DNA of 64,000 bases, from NCBI GenBank assembly GCA_963706595.1, contig OY970166.1, forward strand, positions 960,001-1,024,000, read 5' to 3'. The translations under genes and the position numbers were made by a program. A model generated the notes under the pieces. The model was not told the origin of the DNA. It worked only from the letters and a program-made list of their open reading frames with translations, and ran no database searches. This DNA is from an uncultured cyanobacterium. Lineage in GTDB: Bacteria > Cyanobacteriota > Cyanobacteriia > Cyanobacteriales > Nostocaceae. Below, in pieces: positions 61,867 to 64,000 of this stretch; within the stretch, counting starts at the first letter, position 1, and each line of letters begins with the position of its first letter.

Positions 61867-63996
61867 ATGTCAGAATTATGGACTAATTTATTTACATCAG
61901 GGCAATTTATACCACACGGACATTGCTATTTATGGAAACCAAATTTAGTCTGGTTACACTTAATATCTGATTTGGTAACAGGACTAGCCTATTACTCCAT
62001 TCCAGCGACACTTTTTTACTTTGTCCGCAAACGGCTGGATTTACCCTTTCATGGGATGTTTCTGCTGTTTATTGGATTTATCTTAGCTTGCGGCACAACT
62101 CACTTCATGGCAGTTTGGACACTTTGGTATCCCACTTATTGGCTGTCGGGGTTGATTAAAGCAATAACGGCAATCGTATCTTTAATTACAGCCGTAGAAC
62201 TTGTACCCTTAGTTCCCCTAGCTCTTGCACTTCCCAGTCCGGCTCAACTAGAACAAGCCAATCAAGAACTACAAACACAAATCGTCGAGCGATTACGGGT
62301 AGAACAAGAATTGAGAAAACACCAAAATCATCTAGAAGAGTTAGTCGCTATTCGCACTGAGGAAATTACCAAGTCTAACGAGCAATTAAAGCTAGAAATT
62401 GCTGAACGCCAGCGCATTCTATCAGTTCTCAGACACAGTGAACAGCGTTACCGTTATTTAGCTGAGTCAATTCCCCAACTTGTATGGACTGCTGATGTCG
62501 ATGGCAGTACTGACTATTTTAACAGCAATTGGTGTAAATACACGGGACTAGAAATGGAGCAGTCTGTGGGTTTTGGTTGGTTAACAGCGTTGCATCCTGA
62601 CGATGTAGAAAGAGCAGGTCAAGTGTGGTTAAATGCCGTATCTAATGGGACTGTATATGAAACTGAATACCGCTTCCAACGAGGTGATGATGGTTGCTAT
62701 CGCTGGCACTTAGGGCGAGGCTTACCAGTTAAAGATGAGGAAGGTAATGTAGTGAAGTGGTTCGGTACTTGTACAGATATCCATGAACACAAGCAAATAC
62801 TTGAAGAACGAGCGCACCTGCTGGAATTAGAACAAATTGCCAGAGAAAAAGCCGAAACAGCTAATCGCATTAAAGATGAATTTCTGGCTGTACTTTCTCA
62901 TGAGTTACGCACTCCATTAAATGCGATTTTGGGGTGGTCGAAGTTATTGCAAACTCGGAATTTTGATCAAGAAAAAAGATTACAAGCACTAGCTACAATC
63001 GAGCGCAATGGCAAATTACTGGTTCAACTAATTGAGGATTTGTTGGATACTTCGAGAATTTTACAAGGCAAATTGACGCTGCAAATTACGAAAATCAATT
63101 TGGCATCTACAATATTGTCTGCATTAGATACCATGCGGTTAGCATTAGAAACTAAATCGATTCGGGTGACGACAATTTTTGAACCGAATATGGGCATGAT
63201 TATGGGTGATTCTACTCGCTTGCAGCAAGTTGTCTGGAATCTTCTTTCTAATGCGATTAAATTTACACCCAATCAGGGAAAAATAGCAGTGGAATTAAGG
63301 CAGGCTGATGGTTATGCTCAAGTTATAGTGAGTGATACAGGTCAGGGAATTAATTCAGAGTTTCTGCCCTATGCTTTTGATTATTTCCAACAAGCAGATA
63401 GCAGTTCTGTGCGAAAATTTGGCGGGTTAGGACTGGGATTAGCCATTGTGCGGAATATTGTGGATATGCATGGCGGTATGGTGAAAGCAGAAAGTCTGGG
63501 TGAGGGACAAGGAGCAACTTTTACTATTAGTTTACCCCTTCGTCAAGATAATAGCCCCAGTCTCCTAGATGCTGCTAATTTACCCACAAATTTAGCAGTT
63601 AATTCTTTACTTCTGGCGGGGATAAAAGTTTTAATTGTTGAGGATGATGATGATGCGCGAGATTTTCTGCTGTTTGTATTAGAGGAAGAGGGGGCTGAGG
63701 CGATCGCCGTATCTTCGGCTTTTGCAGCTTTGGAAGTATTAATTCAGGTAAAGCCAGATATTTTAGTCAGCGATATTAGTATGCCGGATATGGATGGCTA
63801 TATGCTCATACATCAAGTCAGAACTTTGACTCCAGAAGCCGGGGGACAAATTCCCGCGATCGCCTTAACAGCCTATGCTAGAGATGAGGACCAGCAACAA
63901 GCACTAAAAGCAGGGTATCAAATGCACTTATCTAAGCCTGTGAACACAGAAAAATTAATTGCCGCAATTCTCAAACTGGTGGCAACAGCAGTGTAA
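61867..63996 (+). CDS. membrane hybrid sensor histidine kinase/response regulator (TM sensor-PAS-HisKA-HATPase-REC)
   Basis: PHGHCYLW...ACG.TH TM sensor, PAS (HPDD, W.GTCTDI), SHELRTPL, NA.KFT, GGLGLGL, REC SDI.MP..DG, KP. Confidence 0.95.
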   Translation: MSELWTNLFTSGQFIPHGHCYLWKPNLVWLHLISDLVTGLAYYSIPATLFYFVRKRLDLPFHGMFLLFIGFILACGTTHFMAVWTLWYPTYWLSGLIKAITAIVSLITAVELVPLVPLALALPSPAQLEQANQELQTQIVERLRVEQELRKHQNHLEELVAIRTEEITKSNEQLKLEIAERQRILSVLRHSEQRYRYLAESIPQLVWTADVDGSTDYFNSNWCKYTGLEMEQSVGFGWLTALHPDDVERAGQVWLNAVSNGTVYETEYRFQRGDDGCYRWHLGRGLPVKDEEGNVVKWFGTCTDIHEHKQILEERAHLLELEQIAREKAETANRIKDEFLAVLSHELRTPLNAILGWSKLLQTRNFDQEKRLQALATIERNGKLLVQLIEDLLDTSRILQGKLTLQITKINLASTILSALDTMRLALETKSIRVTTIFEPNMGMIMGDSTRLQQVVWNLLSNAIKFTPNQGKIAVELRQADGYAQVIVSDTGQGINSEFLPYAFDYFQQADSSSVRKFGGLGLGLAIVRNIVDMHGGMVKAESLGEGQGATFTISLPLRQDNSPSLLDAANLPTNLAVNSLLLAGIKVLIVEDDDDARDFLLFVLEEEGAEAIAVSSAFAALEVLIQVKPDILVSDISMPDMDGYMLIHQVRTLTPEAGGQIPAIALTAYARDEDQQQALKAGYQMHLSKPVNTEKLIAAILKLVATAV

Positions 63997-64000
63997 TATC

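Overview
A 64-kb chromosomal segment from a heterocyst-forming (Nostocales-type) cyanobacterium. The evidence is abundant HIP1 GCGATCGC, STRR heptamer arrays, a split DnaE intein and petJ/sigE/rbp genes; a Nodularia-like origin is plausible but not proven. The housekeeping backbone is purU, a Gld-like ABC exporter operon, glcEF, rbp, coaBC, dnaE-c, rpsD, moaA, kdpABC, priA, sigE, petJ and a hybrid histidine kinase. Accessory or decaying parts are (i) a siderophore-uptake locus with a frameshifted AraC and a nonsense-interrupted sucrase-ferredoxin, bounded by rnhA and mntC-like gene scraps; (ii) a dead SLH porin carrying nested miniature elements, divergent from an Fe(III) ABC operon with two binding proteins; (iii) a shattered mcrBC locus; (iv) a FecR/CHASE2 cyclase module; (v) an apparently complete IS607 element. 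The IS607 TnpB has the rearranged Fanzor-like (pro-Fanzor) RuvC, no zinc finger, and a reading frame that stays open across most of tnpA. priA has two frameshifts plus an in-frame REP-like insertion. KdpB has TGES->MGES and D583-equivalent->N changes, and the kdp genes are separated by bipartite G-rich/C-rich repeat blocks. I saw no rRNA, tRNA or CRISPR array. All calls come from manual reading and motif recall; no database search was run.
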